64,000 nucleotides of DNA from Nitrospirota bacterium (GCA_963755045.1 CAVWIL010000010.1:30059-94058), one strand, 5' to 3'; positions 21,553-35,024 are shown, counted from the stretch's first letter. Translations and numbers: made by a program. The notes: a model not told the origin generated them from the letters alone.

Positions 21553-22830
21553 TCACAGCTTCGATATCTTCACCTTGCTGATCTTCCTGCCTTCCAGCTC
21601 AAGGACCTCCAGTTTGAGGTCCCGGTATCTGAGTTGCTCGCCCACCTTCGGCATCCTGCCGAAAAGCCCGAACACGAACCCGCCGAGCGTGTTGAAATCC
21701 GTGGACTGGAGGTTCGTGTCGAGCATCTCATTCACTTCATCAAGCGCCGATTGGCCCGAGACCACGAAATTTTTCTCGTCCACGATCTGAACATCCTTGT
21801 CCCCGGCCTCAAGCTCGTCGTGGATGCTGCCGACGATCTCCTCGATCAGGTCTTCGAGCGTCACGAGGCCCGCGGTGCCGCCGTATTCGTCGATGACAAT
21901 GGCGATCTGGAACCGGTCCCGCTGCATCTCGGACAGGAGCTCGCTCACCCGTTTGTTCTCGGGGATGAAGTAGGCCTGCCTGACGAACCGCTGGATGCCG
22001 TCCTCGCGCTTCACTTCGCCCGACGCCATGCCCACGAGGATGTCCTTGATGTACAGGATGCCGATCACCGTATCGACCGTGTCCTCGATCACGGGATACC
22101 GGGAATAGCCGAACTCGGACACCAGGGTCAGGACCTCCTGCAGGGTCACACTCGACGGCACGCTCACGATCTCGGTCCGCGGCCGCATGGCCTCTGATGC
22201 CAGCGTATCACCGAACTCAAAAACCTTATGGAGCAGTTCTTTCTCCTCTTCCTTGAGCGAACCGCTGTCCTCACCGAGATTGATAAGGGCCTTGATGTCC
22301 TCTTCCGTGACCACCGCGCTGCAGGACATGCCCTGCGGTCCCGACCCGGCGATAAGGTCCGCAGTGGCCGCAAGCAACCGGGACAGCGGCGACAGAAGCT
22401 TCATTACCAGCTGCAACGGCGCGGAGACGATGAGCGCAAAGCGGTCCGGATTTCTGCAGGCGATCCCCTTTGGGACAAGCTTGGCAACGGAAACGACGGC
22501 AAGAGTTACAAGGAGCACGGTGACCGCCACTGCCAGCGGCTTCTGCGCGATCAGGTTCGCGGCAATGACCATGCCAAGAACTGCAGTGAGAACGATGAAA
22601 AAATTCTCGGCAAGCAAAAGCGTGGAGTGAAGACGATCACGTTCCTGCATCAGCAGGACGACCGTCCCTGCCCGGTTATCTCCCGATTCTGACAACTCCC
22701 GGATGTGCGCCTTGTTGGAGAACACAATAGCGGTTTCCGCAGCCGCAAAAAAAGCCGCGATCAGAACGCTTGCGCCTGCGCCGACAAGCAACGGCCAGGA
22801 GTCGGATATGAATGCGATAAAGACGTCCAT
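21553..22830 (-). CDS. HlyC/CorC-family (CNNM-CBS-CorC) transporter
   Basis: [11 protein letters not shown] domain, MRPRTEI, YSRYPV and [23 protein letters not shown]. Confidence 0.93.
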   Translation of the reverse strand: MDVFIAFISDSWPLLVGAGASVLIAAFFAAAETAIVFSNKAHIRELSESGDNRAGTVVLLMQERDRLHSTLLLAENFFIVLTAVLGMVIAANLIAQKPLAVAVTVLLVTLAVVSVAKLVPKGIACRNPDRFALIVSAPLQLVMKLLSPLSRLLAATADLIAGSGPQGMSCSAVVTEEDIKALINLGEDSGSLKEEEKELLHKVFEFGDTLASEAMRPRTEIVSVPSSVTLQEVLTLVSEFGYSRYPVIEDTVDTVIGILYIKDILVGMASGEVKREDGIQRFVRQAYFIPENKRVSELLSEMQRDRFQIAIVIDEYGGTAGLVTLEDLIEEIVGSIHDELEAGDKDVQIVDEKNFVVSGQSALDEVNEMLDTNLQSTDFNTLGGFVFGLFGRMPKVGEQLRYRDLKLEVLELEGRKISKVKISKL

Positions 22831-22912
22831 AGTTCAAGCGTAAGGGTACAGGGGCCAGGGCACACGCGTCAGGATAGAAGTACAGACAAATCAGCTTCGT
22901 TCCTGGCAACTG

Positions 22913-24736
22913 TCACCCTGGACTCCGGCCCTGCTTTCTTAAAGTCTTCTCCCCCGTTACCCTGATGACCTCATCGAAGGTGGTCTCGCCCTTCAGCATT
23001 TTCATGACAGCTGCCTCTCGCAGTCCGACCATGCCGTCCGCGACCGCCGCCTTCCGGATGGTCTCTGCATCGGACTTGTCATGAATAATCGCCCTGATCC
23101 TGTCGTTCATTTCCATGACCTCGAAGATGGCGGTGCGCCCCTGGTAACCGGTGCCGCGGCACTGGGGGCATCCCTCTCCGTACTTTGCCACGACCTTCCG
23201 GTCCTTGCCCGATAAGAGTCCCACGGCCTGCGCCTCTTCGGGCAGCAGTTCATAGGACTTTTCACAGTGTTTGCAGATCTTTCTGACCAGCCGCTGGCCC
23301 ATCACACCGATGATCGTTGAGGCGATAAGGTATGATGGCACTCCCAGGTCCATAAGCCTGGTAATCGTGCTCGGCGCATCATTCGTATGGAGCGTGGAAA
23401 AGACAAGATGGCCCGTGAGTGCGGCCTGGACCGCGTTTTCGGCCGTTTCGAGGTCCCGGACCTCGCCGACCATGATAATGTCCGGGTCCTGGCGCAGGAT
23501 CGTCCTGAGCGTGCTGCCGAAGGTGACGCCGATCTGCGGCTGGATGCTCACCTGGTTGAATTTGTCATGGACCATTTCAACGGGGTCCTCGATGGTCACC
23601 ACGTTCACCTCAGGCGTGGCAACGGTCTTCAGCGCCGAATAGAGCGTCGTGGTCTTGCCGCTGCCCGTGGGGCCGGTAACGAGGATGATGCCGTTCGGCC
23701 TCGTGATAAAGGAACGAAACAGCTCGTATTCCCGGGGCGAGAACCCGATCTCCTCAAGGTCCTGAAGCAGGATGTCGGGATCGAAGATCCTGATCACCAC
23801 CTTTTCTCCGAAGGCGGTCGGCATGGTGGAAACGCGGAGTTCGACCTCCCGGGACTTATATTCGGTCTTGATCCTGCCGTCCTGGGGCCGTCGCTTCTCG
23901 GCAATATCCATGCGCGAGAGCATCTTGATTCTCGATACGAACGCGGAATGCACGGCCTTGGGCGTGCGATGGATGGTGTTGAGCATGCCGTCGATCCGGA
24001 GCCGGACCTCGCTCGCGTCGCGCTTGGGCTCGATGTGGATGTCACTCGCCCGCTGATCGAAGGCATAGCGGAACAGGAACTCCACGGCATTCACGATATG
24101 TTTGTCCGTGGCCTCGATCTCGGACACGGACTTCATCTTTATGAACTGCTCCAGGTTGCCGAGGTCGACCTCCGACGTCATCTCCCTGGCTGCGGCGGTC
24201 ACGGACGACCGGAACCCGTAGAATTCCGTGATGATCTTGAGTATGTCCGTCTTCGGACAGACGATGCGTTTGACCTTGTACCCCATCCGCTCGACGTTCT
24301 CAATAACTTCGACGTTATAGGGGTCCGCGACGGCAAGGGTGAGGGTGTCGTCCTCCCGGCCGATCGGGACGGAGATGCTCCGCCGCGCGAAGGCCCGCGA
24401 GAGGATCTGCGTGACGATCTCGGGATTCAGCTTGAGGGGATCGATCTTCTGAAACGGCAGGCCGGCATGTTTAGCCACCTCCTCACTGATCATGTCCTCG
24501 GTCAGGATCTGGCCTGGCTTACCCGGTATTTCCATATTCAACGAAGCCGCAACCTCGATGCACGAAACCTCGTCCTCAAGACGCATCCTGCCCCGATGGA
24601 CGGTCTCACCCCGGGCCTTCAGCACTTTCATGCGCTGGACGTCCTGCTTTATCTTGATCTCGCGGGTCTGCTCGGGGCTCAGTTTTCCCGCTTTGACCAG
24701 TATCTCTCCCAGCAGGTCAATCGTCAGTTTTGTCAT
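22913..24736 (-). CDS. GspE/PilB-family secretion/pilus assembly ATPase
   Basis: ASDIHIEP, MDIAEKRRPQDGR, GPTGSGKTTTLY, TIEDPVE, LRQDPDIIMVGEVRD, TLHTND and the Zn motif CKHC...CPQC. Confidence 0.95.
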   Translation of the reverse strand: MTKLTIDLLGEILVKAGKLSPEQTREIKIKQDVQRMKVLKARGETVHRGRMRLEDEVSCIEVAASLNMEIPGKPGQILTEDMISEEVAKHAGLPFQKIDPLKLNPEIVTQILSRAFARRSISVPIGREDDTLTLAVADPYNVEVIENVERMGYKVKRIVCPKTDILKIITEFYGFRSSVTAAAREMTSEVDLGNLEQFIKMKSVSEIEATDKHIVNAVEFLFRYAFDQRASDIHIEPKRDASEVRLRIDGMLNTIHRTPKAVHSAFVSRIKMLSRMDIAEKRRPQDGRIKTEYKSREVELRVSTMPTAFGEKVVIRIFDPDILLQDLEEIGFSPREYELFRSFITRPNGIILVTGPTGSGKTTTLYSALKTVATPEVNVVTIEDPVEMVHDKFNQVSIQPQIGVTFGSTLRTILRQDPDIIMVGEVRDLETAENAVQAALTGHLVFSTLHTNDAPSTITRLMDLGVPSYLIASTIIGVMGQRLVRKICKHCEKSYELLPEEAQAVGLLSGKDRKVVAKYGEGCPQCRGTGYQGRTAIFEVMEMNDRIRAIIHDKSDAETIRKAAVADGMVGLREAAVMKMLKGETTFDEVIRVTGEKTLRKQGRSPG

Positions 24737-24764
24737 AGTGGTCCCGTATACCCCCACGTTTAAA

Positions 24765-24792
24765 ATATAAAGGCCCCCGCAGAACGGGGGCC
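24765..24792 (-). terminator. Probable terminator after the Pro-rich lipoprotein gene
   Basis: GGCCCCCG / CGGGGGCC stem followed by TTTATATTTT on the minus strand. Confidence 0.6.
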
Positions 24793-24826
24793 GTGCTTAT
24801 CATGCCGGGGTTGAATGCATACAAGA

Positions 24827-25017
24827 CTATTTCTTCGCCGGTTTCGGTTCCGGAGCAGGGGCAGGCGCCGGAGCAGCGGGGCAGGCGCCGGAGCAGGCAC
24901 CGGTGTCACAACAGGCTGCGCAGGAGGCGGTGAAGCCGCCTGTTTTTTCTCACAACCGTAAAAAGCAAAGGCAGCAACAATGACCAGGACCAGAATGGCA
25001 ACAATGTACTTTTTCAC
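24827..25017 (-). CDS. Small Pro/Ala-rich lipoprotein, about 62 aa (frameshifted in the PA repeat)
   Basis: GTG after AAGGAGG. MKKYIVAILVLVIVAAFAFYG-C lipobox, then (PA)n repeats ending EPKPAKK. Confidence 0.75.
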
Positions 25018-25094
25018 GAAGCAATACCTCCTTCTTGAGTTTTGATCGCACCGCAATAAGCGGAAGCGTGAATCAGACACTGTCCGTAAAGTGA

Positions 25095-25322
25095 TCAGAT
25101 GATCCGTGTGGCAATCGAGCGCGTCACCGTAAGCTCCCGGACTTTCTGTCCGAGCTTCTCTTCCAGGATCTGTTGCTGCTCTTCGCTCAGGCTGAGCCGG
25201 AAGACCCGGAGCTTATTCAAGGAACGTTTGGTAAGGTAGATCTCGTGCAGTTCAAATCCGATCTGTTTCTTAATATCGGCACGCTGCTGTGGTGACAATT
25301 CCAGCAAGACAGTCTCTTCCAT
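25095..25322 (-). CDS. Hypothetical 75-aa protein with an internal duplicated motif
   Basis: RBS GGAGGG and a near-consensus promoter TTGAAA-17-TATAAT (25375-25347). Confidence 0.7.
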   Translation of the reverse strand: MEETVLLELSPQQRADIKKQIGFELHEIYLTKRSLNKLRVFRLSLSEEQQQILEEKLGQKVRELTVTRSIATRII

Positions 25323-25516
25323 CGATCAAACCCTCCATCAGATTCGATTATAGGCACTTTGATTCGGAATTTCAAGTTTTTTTTGTGGCTACTGTTTATG
25401 CCTTCTATTTAACAATTATTACCTGTTCCCTGTAAAAACATAGGGTGCACGTTCTGATTACCCGGGAGCAGGCAAAAGTGATAACGGGGGAATCCTCCAT
25501 ACTGACTACCGGGGCC

Positions 25517-27216
<1,700 letters not shown>

Positions 27217-27231
27217 GGAACCTCCTCAAAA

Positions 27232-27320
27232 CAGGAGACAGGAGCCAGAATCCAGAAGCCAGGAAAATAGTTTGATCCGCTCTCCTTCTGGCTACTGGCT
27301 CCTGGCTCCTGACTTCTTAT
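27232..27320. repeat. Heptamer-repeat palindromic junction element
   Basis: CAGGAGA CAGGAGC CAGAATC CAGAAGC CAGGAAA ... TTCTGGC TACTGGC TCCTGGC TCCTGAC. The ispG stop lies inside one arm. Confidence 0.8.
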
Positions 27321-28384
27321 TAACTATTTTTTCCACCTCCTCTACAAGCACGTCAGCAAGCTCTGCCTCCGATAACTTCGCGACGATCTCGCCGTGTTTG
27401 AAGAGCAGCCCGACACCCTTGCCGCCGGCAATACCCACGTCTGCCTCGCGCGCTTCGCCGGGTCCGTTCACGACGCAGCCCATGACCGCGACCGTGATCG
27501 GTTCCTTGATATGCGCCAGTCTCTTTTCCACTTCCTGTGCAAGACCGATGATATCGATCTCGGTCCTGCCGCAGGTGGGACAGGAAACGATATTCACGCC
27601 TCGTTGGCGGATCTTGAGCGACTTCAATATCCCGTAGGCAACGCGCACTTCCTCAACCGGGTCCGCGGTGAGAGAAACGCGCATGGTATCGCCAATGCCT
27701 TCAGCCAGCAGGATGCCGAGCCCCACGCTTGATTTGATCGTACCGGAAAATAGCGTGCCTGCCTCCGAGATGCCGATGTGCAGCGGATAATCCGACTTCT
27801 CGGAAAACAGCCGGTAGGATGCGATCGTCGTCATCACATCAGAGGCCTTGAGAGAGATCTTGATATTGGTGAAGTTCAAGTCTTCGAGGATACGGATATG
27901 ACCAAAGGCGCTCTCAACGATCGCCTCGGGGGTGGGATGCTGGTACTTTTCGAGCAGATGCTTTTCAAGCGAGCCCGCATTCACGCCGATGCGGATCGGG
28001 ATGCCCCTGTCCTCGCATGCGCGGACGACTTCGGCGACCTTGTCCTTCCCGCCGATGTTGCCGGGATTGATCCGGAGACCGTCCACGCCTTGCTTTACCG
28101 CGCAAGCGCCAGACGGTAATCAAAGTGGATGTCGGCGATGAGCGGAATCCTCGTGCCTTTTCTGATCTCACCGAGCGACTTTCGCGGCGTCTTCATCCGG
28201 CACCGCGAGCCGCACGATCTCGCACCCGGCCTGTTCCAGATCGCGGATCTGATCAAGCGTCTTGGCTGCGTCGCGAGTGTCCGTGTTGCACATGGACTGG
28301 ACTGCGACGGGCGCGCCGCCGCCGATCTTCACGGAGCCGAGGGAAATCTGTTTTGTTTTTTTTCGTGTGATAAGAATGATCCAT
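27292..28384 (-). CDS. ispG: (E)-4-hydroxy-3-methylbut-2-enyl-diphosphate synthase (frameshifted)
   Basis: VQSMCNTDT, RINPGNIG, IRIGVNAGSL, YPLHIG.SEAG, CPTCGR and MGCVVNGPGEA. Confidence 0.96.
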
Positions 28385-28411
28385 GTTCATATCTGACCAA
28401 TGCCACAACCA

Positions 28412-28500
28412 AACTCCCTCTCCTTCGCAGACCGGTAAATGGGTGCGCAGAGCGGTGGAATCCTTTGCTTCCTCTCCTCCTGCAGGGGAGAGGATTCGTT
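28412..28500. repeat. Degenerate CCCTCTCC/GGAGAGG-type palindromic element
   Basis: CTCCCTCTCC...CCTCTCCTCCTGCAGGGGAGAGG in the rseP-ispG spacer. Confidence 0.4.
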
Positions 28501-28526
28501 GAGGTTGAGGAGGTGAATGTGATTTG

Positions 28527-29811
28527 TTACTTGCTGAAGAACATCCTCATGATATCGTTGTACGAAACCACGACGATCAGGGTGATCAACAACCCGGCCC
28601 CGATGCTCTGGGAAACCTCCATCACCTTCCTGCTGAGCGGCTTTTTGCGGACCGCCTCGATCATGAGGAACAGGATCATGCCGCCGTCGAGCACCGGGAT
28701 CGGCAGAAGGTTCAGGACGCCGAGCGAGATGCTGATCATGGCAAGGAGCGACAGGAACGCCGAAAATCCGGCGGCAGCGGCCTGGCCGGACATCTGCGCG
28801 ATCATCACCGGGCCGCCGAGCGTCTTGATCGAGAGGTTGAAGGTAATAAGCTTCTTGAGCGTGATGAACGTCAGGTCGACGGACTCGATGGTCTTGTCAA
28901 AGCCCAGCCGCAGGGACTCGAAAAATCCATACTTCTTGAACACCAGCCGCATGACCGGCTCGACACCGATGACCTGCCTGCCGCCATCCTCTTTCGGGGT
29001 AACGATCTTCTCGATGCGCTTGCCGTTCCGTTCGAGCGTAAGCGTAAGCTTGTTTCCCTTGCTGTCGCTAACGAGCGTGGAGAACTGGTTCCAGTGATAG
29101 ATCGGTCTTGCCGTCCACGGCAATGATCTTGTCGTTCACCTTGAGCCCGGCCTTCTCGGCAGGGAACCCCGGTTTCAGTTTGCCGATCTCCGCAGGAATA
29201 TCGGGGACCAGGCCGGAGGTCCCGATCTTGAGCTCTGTGTGCCAGTTCAGGCCGGAGCGTCAGTGTCTTTTTTTCGCCCTTCCGGTCGACCATAACCTTC
29301 ACATCCGTATCCGGGTTCACGGCGATAAGGGTCAACGCCTTGGTCCAGTCGCTGATGCTTCTGCCGTTGATCTCCTCGATCACGTCGCCGACATGAAACC
29401 CGCCTGCTCGGCAGGTGAACCTTTCTCGACATAGCCGACCCTGGCAGGGCCTTCGCTGTACGTTCCGACCATGAAGACAAACGGCATAATGAGAAACGCC
29501 AGCACGATGTTCGTGAGCGGCCCCGTTACCGCGATCTTCGCGCGTTGCCACACGGTCTTGGACTGGAATTCGTCCGGAGCGCCCGTGGGCTCCTCGTCAG
29601 GGTTCTCTCCCGCCATCTTCACATACCCGCCGAGCGGCAGCGCGGAGAGGACATACTCCGTATCACCCTTCTTGAAGCCGAAGAGTTTCGGCCCCATGCC
29701 AAGCGAGAACTTCTCGACCCGCACACCTGCCCGCTTTGCCATGATAAAGTGACCGAACTCGTGCACGAACACGAGAATGCCGATCACGATTAAAAAATAC
29801 ACGAATGTCAT
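28527..29811 (-). CDS. rseP: RIP metalloprotease RseP (frameshifted)
   Basis: HEFGH, LPLGGYV, AGP-like TGPLTN, PDZ domains and LNLLPIPVLDGG. Confidence 0.95.
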
Positions 29812-29929
29812 TGTTCCTCCTAAAAAATACGATGAACCGATAAACAACAAAACATTGAAAATTCTTCAGGAGAAATGGGATATGGCGTGGAAACGGAGCA
29901 TGACATGATTGGATTGTCCCCTTTCTCCA

Positions 29930-31148
29930 TTATTCCCTCTCCCGATCTCCGTAAAATCTTTTCTTATTGCCTTGCCCTTGACCTTGCCTCGACCCTGCGC
30001 CTATGACCTTTTCCGCTTCCTGCCGCGCCCAGAGGTCTGCCTTGAGCGCATCCTCAACGGTATTGATATTCGACGGCCTATGGGCATCCATCGTCGGTCC
30101 TGATCACCCGAGCGATGTCAGCGTAGCCGATCTTCTCTTCGAGAAAATATTTGACCGCCACCTCGTTCGCGGCCGAGAGCACCGCCGGCATACTGCCCCC
30201 GGTCTTCAGAGCATCAAAGGCATAGGCAAGACAGGGGAACCGGTCCAGGTCCGGCTCCTCGAAGGTGAGCGTGCCCACCTTAGCGAGGTCGAGCGCCGGG
30301 GATACATCCGACAAGCCGCTCGGGATACGAGAGCGCATAGGCGATCGGGCCCTTCATGTCGGGCATGCCGAGCTGCGCCACGACCGCGCCGTCATGATAT
30401 TCCACCATGGAATGGACGATGCTTTGGGGATGGACAAGCACCTTGATCTTCCCGGGCGCGATGTCAAAGAGCCACCGCGCCTCGATCACCTCGAGCCCCT
30501 TATTCATGAGCGTGGCGGAATCGATCGTGATCTTCCTGCCCATGCTCCAGTTCGGGTGTTTGAGCGCCTGCGCCAGCGTCACCTTTGCAAGATCTTTTTT
30601 TGCAAAAGTCCGAAACGGACCGCCGGATGCCGTCAAGATCAGTTTCCTGATATCTTTGTTCGCGCCCGCGTGCAGGCACTGGAAAATGGCGCTGTGCTCG
30701 CTGTCCACCGGCAGGATGCTGGACACCCCGTGCCCGGCACTCGGCCATGACCAGCTCGCCCGCGGTCACGAGCACTTCCTTGTTCGCAAGCGCTATGTCC
30801 TTGCCCGCACGGATCGCCGCCATGGTCGGCACCAGCCCTGCGGTCCCCACAATGGCCGAAACGGTGATATCGGCTTCTTCAGCAGCCGCAACCTGGATCA
30901 TGCCCTCGACGCCGGAGAAGATGCGTACGCTGAGGTCAGTGCACCGCCGTCTTCAGTTCCGCGGCGGAAGGCTCGCTCACGACGGAAACCATCGATGGCC
31001 TGAACTGCCGGACCTGTTTCTCGAGCAGCTCGACGTTATTGCCCGCCGCAAGCGCAACGACCTTGAAGCGGTCAGGAAATTTTTCGACCACCGAAAGCGT
31101 GGACTGCCCGATCGAACCGGTGGAACCCAGTATGGATATATTCTTCAT
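29930..31148 (-). CDS. dxr: 1-deoxy-D-xylulose-5-phosphate reductoisomerase (frameshifted)
   Basis: [53 protein letters not shown] and AANEVAV. Confidence 0.96.
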
Positions 31149-31149
31149 A

Positions 31150-31237
31150 AGAAGTCAGGAGTCAGAAGTCAGGAGTCAGAAGAACGACGACGTCTCAGGC
31201 CATTATTCTGAATTCAGGCTCCTGTCTCCTAACTCCT
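31150..31237. repeat. Heptamer-repeat palindromic junction element
   Basis: AGAAGTC AGGAGTC AGAAGTC AGGAGTC ... TTCTGAA TTCAGGC TCCTGTC TCCTAAC, between cdsA and dxr. Confidence 0.8.
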
Positions 31238-31241
31238 CCCT

Positions 31242-32047
31242 TTATCTCATCCTGAGATAATAATACAACACAGGCGCGGCGAACAGCATGCTGTCCATGC
31301 GGTCGAGAATGCCGCCGTGCCCGGGAATGATGTCACCCGAATCCTTGACCCCTGCCGCGCGCTTGAACAGCGACTCCGTAAGGTCGCCGATCGTGCCGAC
31401 AACCGCCAGCACAAGCGCGATCGCGATCGCTTCGCCCGCACCGATAGGCGGCATGAACCAGACCCTGCACAGAAGCGCCATGCCTGCGGACGCCACCAGC
31501 GCGCCGATGAAGCCCTTCAATGCTTTTCTTCGGGCTCACCTTTTCATACAGCCGGTGTTTGCCGAAGGGGATGCCGATGGAATAGGCCCCGATATCCGAT
31601 GCCCAGATGATGAAATAGAGGAACACCAGCCATTGTTTGCCGTTCATCGCCCGTGCGGATCGCCACCTGGAAGGCGAACAGCATGGCCACGTAGAACATC
31701 CCCAGGAACGTGGCCGCAACGTCCTCGATCGCGCCGTCAACGGGCCGGGAGGAAAAAAGCCGTGCGATCATGATCAGAAGCATGCCGGCGGCGACCGGAA
31801 AGGAACTCCCCCCATCACCGGAAGCAGGGGATGATAGGAATCCAGTACAATCAGCGCGCCGAGCACGATCCCGAGCACAAGGTGGGGATGCGATCCCCGG
31901 GCCTGCGCCATGCGGTAAAATTCATACTGTCCCACGGCGCCGGCTGCCACCACCAGCGCCGTGAAATAGATCGGGGGAAGGTTCCAGGCGACAGATGTAA
32001 AAGATGGGCAGGAACAGCAGTCCTGTGATCACTCTTTTATACAACAT
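31242..32047 (-). CDS. cdsA: Phosphatidate cytidylyltransferase (frameshifted)
   Basis: IWASDIGAY, VSPKKSIEG, GDLTESLFKRAAGVKDSG.IIPGHGGILDRMDS. Confidence 0.95.
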
Positions 32048-32168
32048 GCGTTGTCTCCCTGAGATCCGCTGCAAATCCGAAACGTAGGATTCAAGCGGTT
32101 CTTCTTTGGTTCCGCTCAACACACGACAGGGATGCCGGAAAAGCGGCTTCAAGCTGCATGCAACACCA

Positions 32169-32929
32169 TCACTTCCGAGCGAGTTGATCCTGTGTCAGAC
32201 CGAACCGGCGCTGACGCCCCTGGTAATCCAGAAGCGCCGCCAGGAGGTCACGCTCTTCAAAATCAGGCCAAAGGGTATCGGTGAAATAAAGTTCGGCGTA
32301 GGCGGCCTGCCAAAGAAGAAAGTTGCTGATGCGTTTCTCGCCGCTCGTGCGGATGATCAGGTCCGGGTCAGGCAATCCCGCGGTATCGAGAAAGGAGGAA
32401 AAGATCTCTTCAGTGACATCGGCTGCTGCCGTATCCGCCGAACGCATGCGCTTGATCGCTTCCAGTATCTCGCCCCGACCGCCATAGGACAGAGCGACGT
32501 TCAGTACCATGCCCGGTGTTCTTTTCGGTCTCGGACAATGCCCTTTGGATCCACGCCTGTATTGATGCCGGAAGCCGCTCGATCCTGCCGATGGTGCGGA
32601 ATCGTGATGCCATTCGCCTTCATGGCCGCGATCTCGGCCTTGAGAAAGGTCCCGAGCAGGTCCATGAGAAAACCCACCTCTTCCTTCGGCCTGCCCCAGT
32701 TCTCGTCGGAAAACGCATAGAGGGTCAGCACCTGGATGCCGTACTGCCGGCACTGTTCCGTCACACGGCGTACCGTGTCCACGCCCCTTTTATGCCCGGC
32801 GACGCGTGGCAAACCCTTGCGCAACGCCCACCGGCCGTTGCCGTCCATGATGACGGCAACATGTTTCGGCAGGCTGTTCACATCGAGCTGGGCCCGAAGC
32901 TGTTCAATCGTCTGGTTTTTGCTTTTCAT
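32169..32929 (-). CDS. uppS: Undecaprenyl diphosphate synthase (frameshifted)
   Basis: HVAVIMDGNGRWA, YAFSDENWGRP, DLIIRTSGEKRISNFLLWQ and RRFG. Confidence 0.96.
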
Positions 32930-33034
32930 TCGCTCTTGAATCTCCATTTTACACTCATGCGACCTGCAGGCATCATGGATTCAACATTTTTCGTGACTGC
33001 CCAGGTACATCAGAAAACAATCAGGAGAAATGGA

Positions 33035-33130
33035 GAATTAAAGGCGAAAGGGAGATATATAACGTATAATAACAGAACTTCCTTGTTCCCTCATTTCGTC
33101 CAGTTTTCCGCCTTTCACCTGAAAGGGTTT
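33035..33130. repeat. AGGCGAA/CGCCTT-type palindromic junction element (copy 1)
   Basis: GAATTAAAGGCGAAAGGGAGA ... CCGCCTTTCACCTGAAAGG. A similar copy is at 35025-35112. Confidence 0.5.
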
Positions 33131-33155
33131 ATGGTCCTCGGCAGTTCACTTTTTT

Positions 33156-34952
33156 CTACTTCGGCGCATAGCTCATCACGCGAACGCGGTCGGCCCCGAA
33201 CAACCCGCCGGGCTTCATTATGAGCGCCAGGACCTGCGTGCCCGATCCCTGCTGCCGAATGACCTGATAGTCCAGGACTGCGCCCGGGATGTCCCCGATG
33301 CTCCAGCGCTGCTCGAGTCTGGCGCCTGTCCAGCCCAGGCCAATGAACTCAGCCTTGTTATGCGCGCTCAGGAACGACCCGCCGCTGTTCTTCGGCACCA
33401 GGATCTCATCTCTGCCGTCTCCGTTCAGGTCTACCGAAAACACCCGCCCGCTTATCCTCACCTTCCGTGACTTGTCGTCAATCTCTTGCGACAACGTCAC
33501 TGCGTTGACTGCGGTCGGTGGCGCTGAGATCACTGATTCGATCCCCGTCAAGGGCTTCGTCAATATCGTCCCGCCTGAGGGATACTTTTCCTCACTCTTC
33601 CAGATCATCGCCCCGTTGGAGTAAACAACCAGCTGGTCCTTGTCGTTGAGGGCAACCAGGAGAGGGTTGGCTCCTTCTGCATCGGCATACGCAAACCCGT
33701 AGAGGTCAACCCCCTGGGGCAGCGGATATTCCGTCGTCGGGACATATTTTCCGTCAAGCCAGACATATTGTTTCGGCTGCCCGGCAAAGAACGAAACGGG
33801 GTCGTATGCCTGGCCGATCAGAATGGGCCCTTTCCCGGAAGAGGAGACCACCCGGAAGAATCCCGGTACATCGGCGATCCGCTGGTATACGCCGTCCTGG
33901 AACTCAATTACGGAGGAGATGACCTTGCCGTTCAGCATGCCGGTCACAAAGATCTCCGGCCTGCCGTTTCCGTTGATGTCGGCCACATCGAGGTTGAAGT
34001 GCTGCATTTCGCCGGGGATATAGGCGACCGGTTCAACCCATTCTTCCTTCCATCCCGTTTTCCCCTGTTTGAAGATATGAAGCTTCGCCCCGTCGGAAAA
34101 AACATACTGGAGCGAGCCAGTCCCTTCAAGGTCAGCTGCAGCGAACAGCCGGGCATCGAACCCCAGGTCCGCAAGTTCCTTTTTTTCCTCTCTCGGCGGA
34201 GCGAAGAACGGCTTGACCTCGCCGAGTGCGTCGCGCTTGGTTCTGAGATCGAGCAGGGCAACGATCGTATCGAGAGGTCTGGCATCCTCGGCATAGAACA
34301 TACCCGTGGTCACCAGATACTTGCTTTCAGAGGGAATGATCTCGATCGTCAGGACCATATCGAGATTGAAGGTCTTTCCCATCTCCTTGATCAGGGAGGA
34401 GTCGCGCTGTTTTTTATCGCTCAGAAATGCCGCTTCCTTTTCGCTGTCGAGCACGGTGAACCTGCCGTTTTCCTTCAATCGCTCTGCAAGTCCCTGGATG
34501 ATCTCGGGATGTTCCGCCCGGAGCGGGATAAGCGCGATGCTTATTTTTTTCGGTGTGATCCGGGCCTTGTCTCCCGCCTTCGGCTCCATCAGTTTTTTCT
34601 TCATTATTCCGGTGGACATCGTCTCGTCCGGAACGGTCACCTCGAGGCTGCCGACCTCTTCCTCCAGATGGCCTATCACCTTATTCGTCACGGGATGCAG
34701 TATCTCCTTGCCATCTCTCCAGACCGAAAGGACAACTCCTTTCTGAAGCCCGTCCTTGGTCCCGAGCGTTATCGTAACCTGGTCCCCCGCCACGGTCTTC
34801 ACCTCACCCTCTACCTTGGGAAAGTATGACGTGATCGCGGCAGCAAGTTGTTCAACGGAGGTATATTCCTTCACGCCGAGCGATTTTTCCGCGGCAACGG
34901 CGCCGGCGGCGAGCGACAGGATGAGCAGACATGGCACAATAACTTTTCTCAT
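33156..34952 (-). CDS. Exported FG-GAP/VCBS-repeat protein, 598 aa
   Basis: Signal peptide plus DxxGxG repeats (ADLEGTGS, DINGNGRPEIFV, DLNGDGRDEILV). Confidence 0.85.
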   Translation of the reverse strand: MRKVIVPCLLILSLAAGAVAAEKSLGVKEYTSVEQLAAAITSYFPKVEGEVKTVAGDQVTITLGTKDGLQKGVVLSVWRDGKEILHPVTNKVIGHLEEEVGSLEVTVPDETMSTGIMKKKLMEPKAGDKARITPKKISIALIPLRAEHPEIIQGLAERLKENGRFTVLDSEKEAAFLSDKKQRDSSLIKEMGKTFNLDMVLTIEIIPSESKYLVTTGMFYAEDARPLDTIVALLDLRTKRDALGEVKPFFAPPREEKKELADLGFDARLFAAADLEGTGSLQYVFSDGAKLHIFKQGKTGWKEEWVEPVAYIPGEMQHFNLDVADINGNGRPEIFVTGMLNGKVISSVIEFQDGVYQRIADVPGFFRVVSSSGKGPILIGQAYDPVSFFAGQPKQYVWLDGKYVPTTEYPLPQGVDLYGFAYADAEGANPLLVALNDKDQLVVYSNGAMIWKSEEKYPSGGTILTKPLTGIESVISAPPTAVNAVTLSQEIDDKSRKVRISGRVFSVDLNGDGRDEILVPKNSGGSFLSAHNKAEFIGLGWTGARLEQRWSIGDIPGAVLDYQVIRQQGSGTQVLALIMKPGGLFGADRVRVMSYAPK

Positions 34953-35024
34953 TTTGATGATACTCTCTTAATGTTCAAATTTTAATAACAACTCGGGATC
35001 AGAAAGCGATCAGGGAAAATGCGG

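Noticed and set aside
24830-24910. GGAGCAGGGGCAGGCGCC tandem repeats
   Set aside because: Explained by the Pro-Ala coding repeats of the lipoprotein gene.
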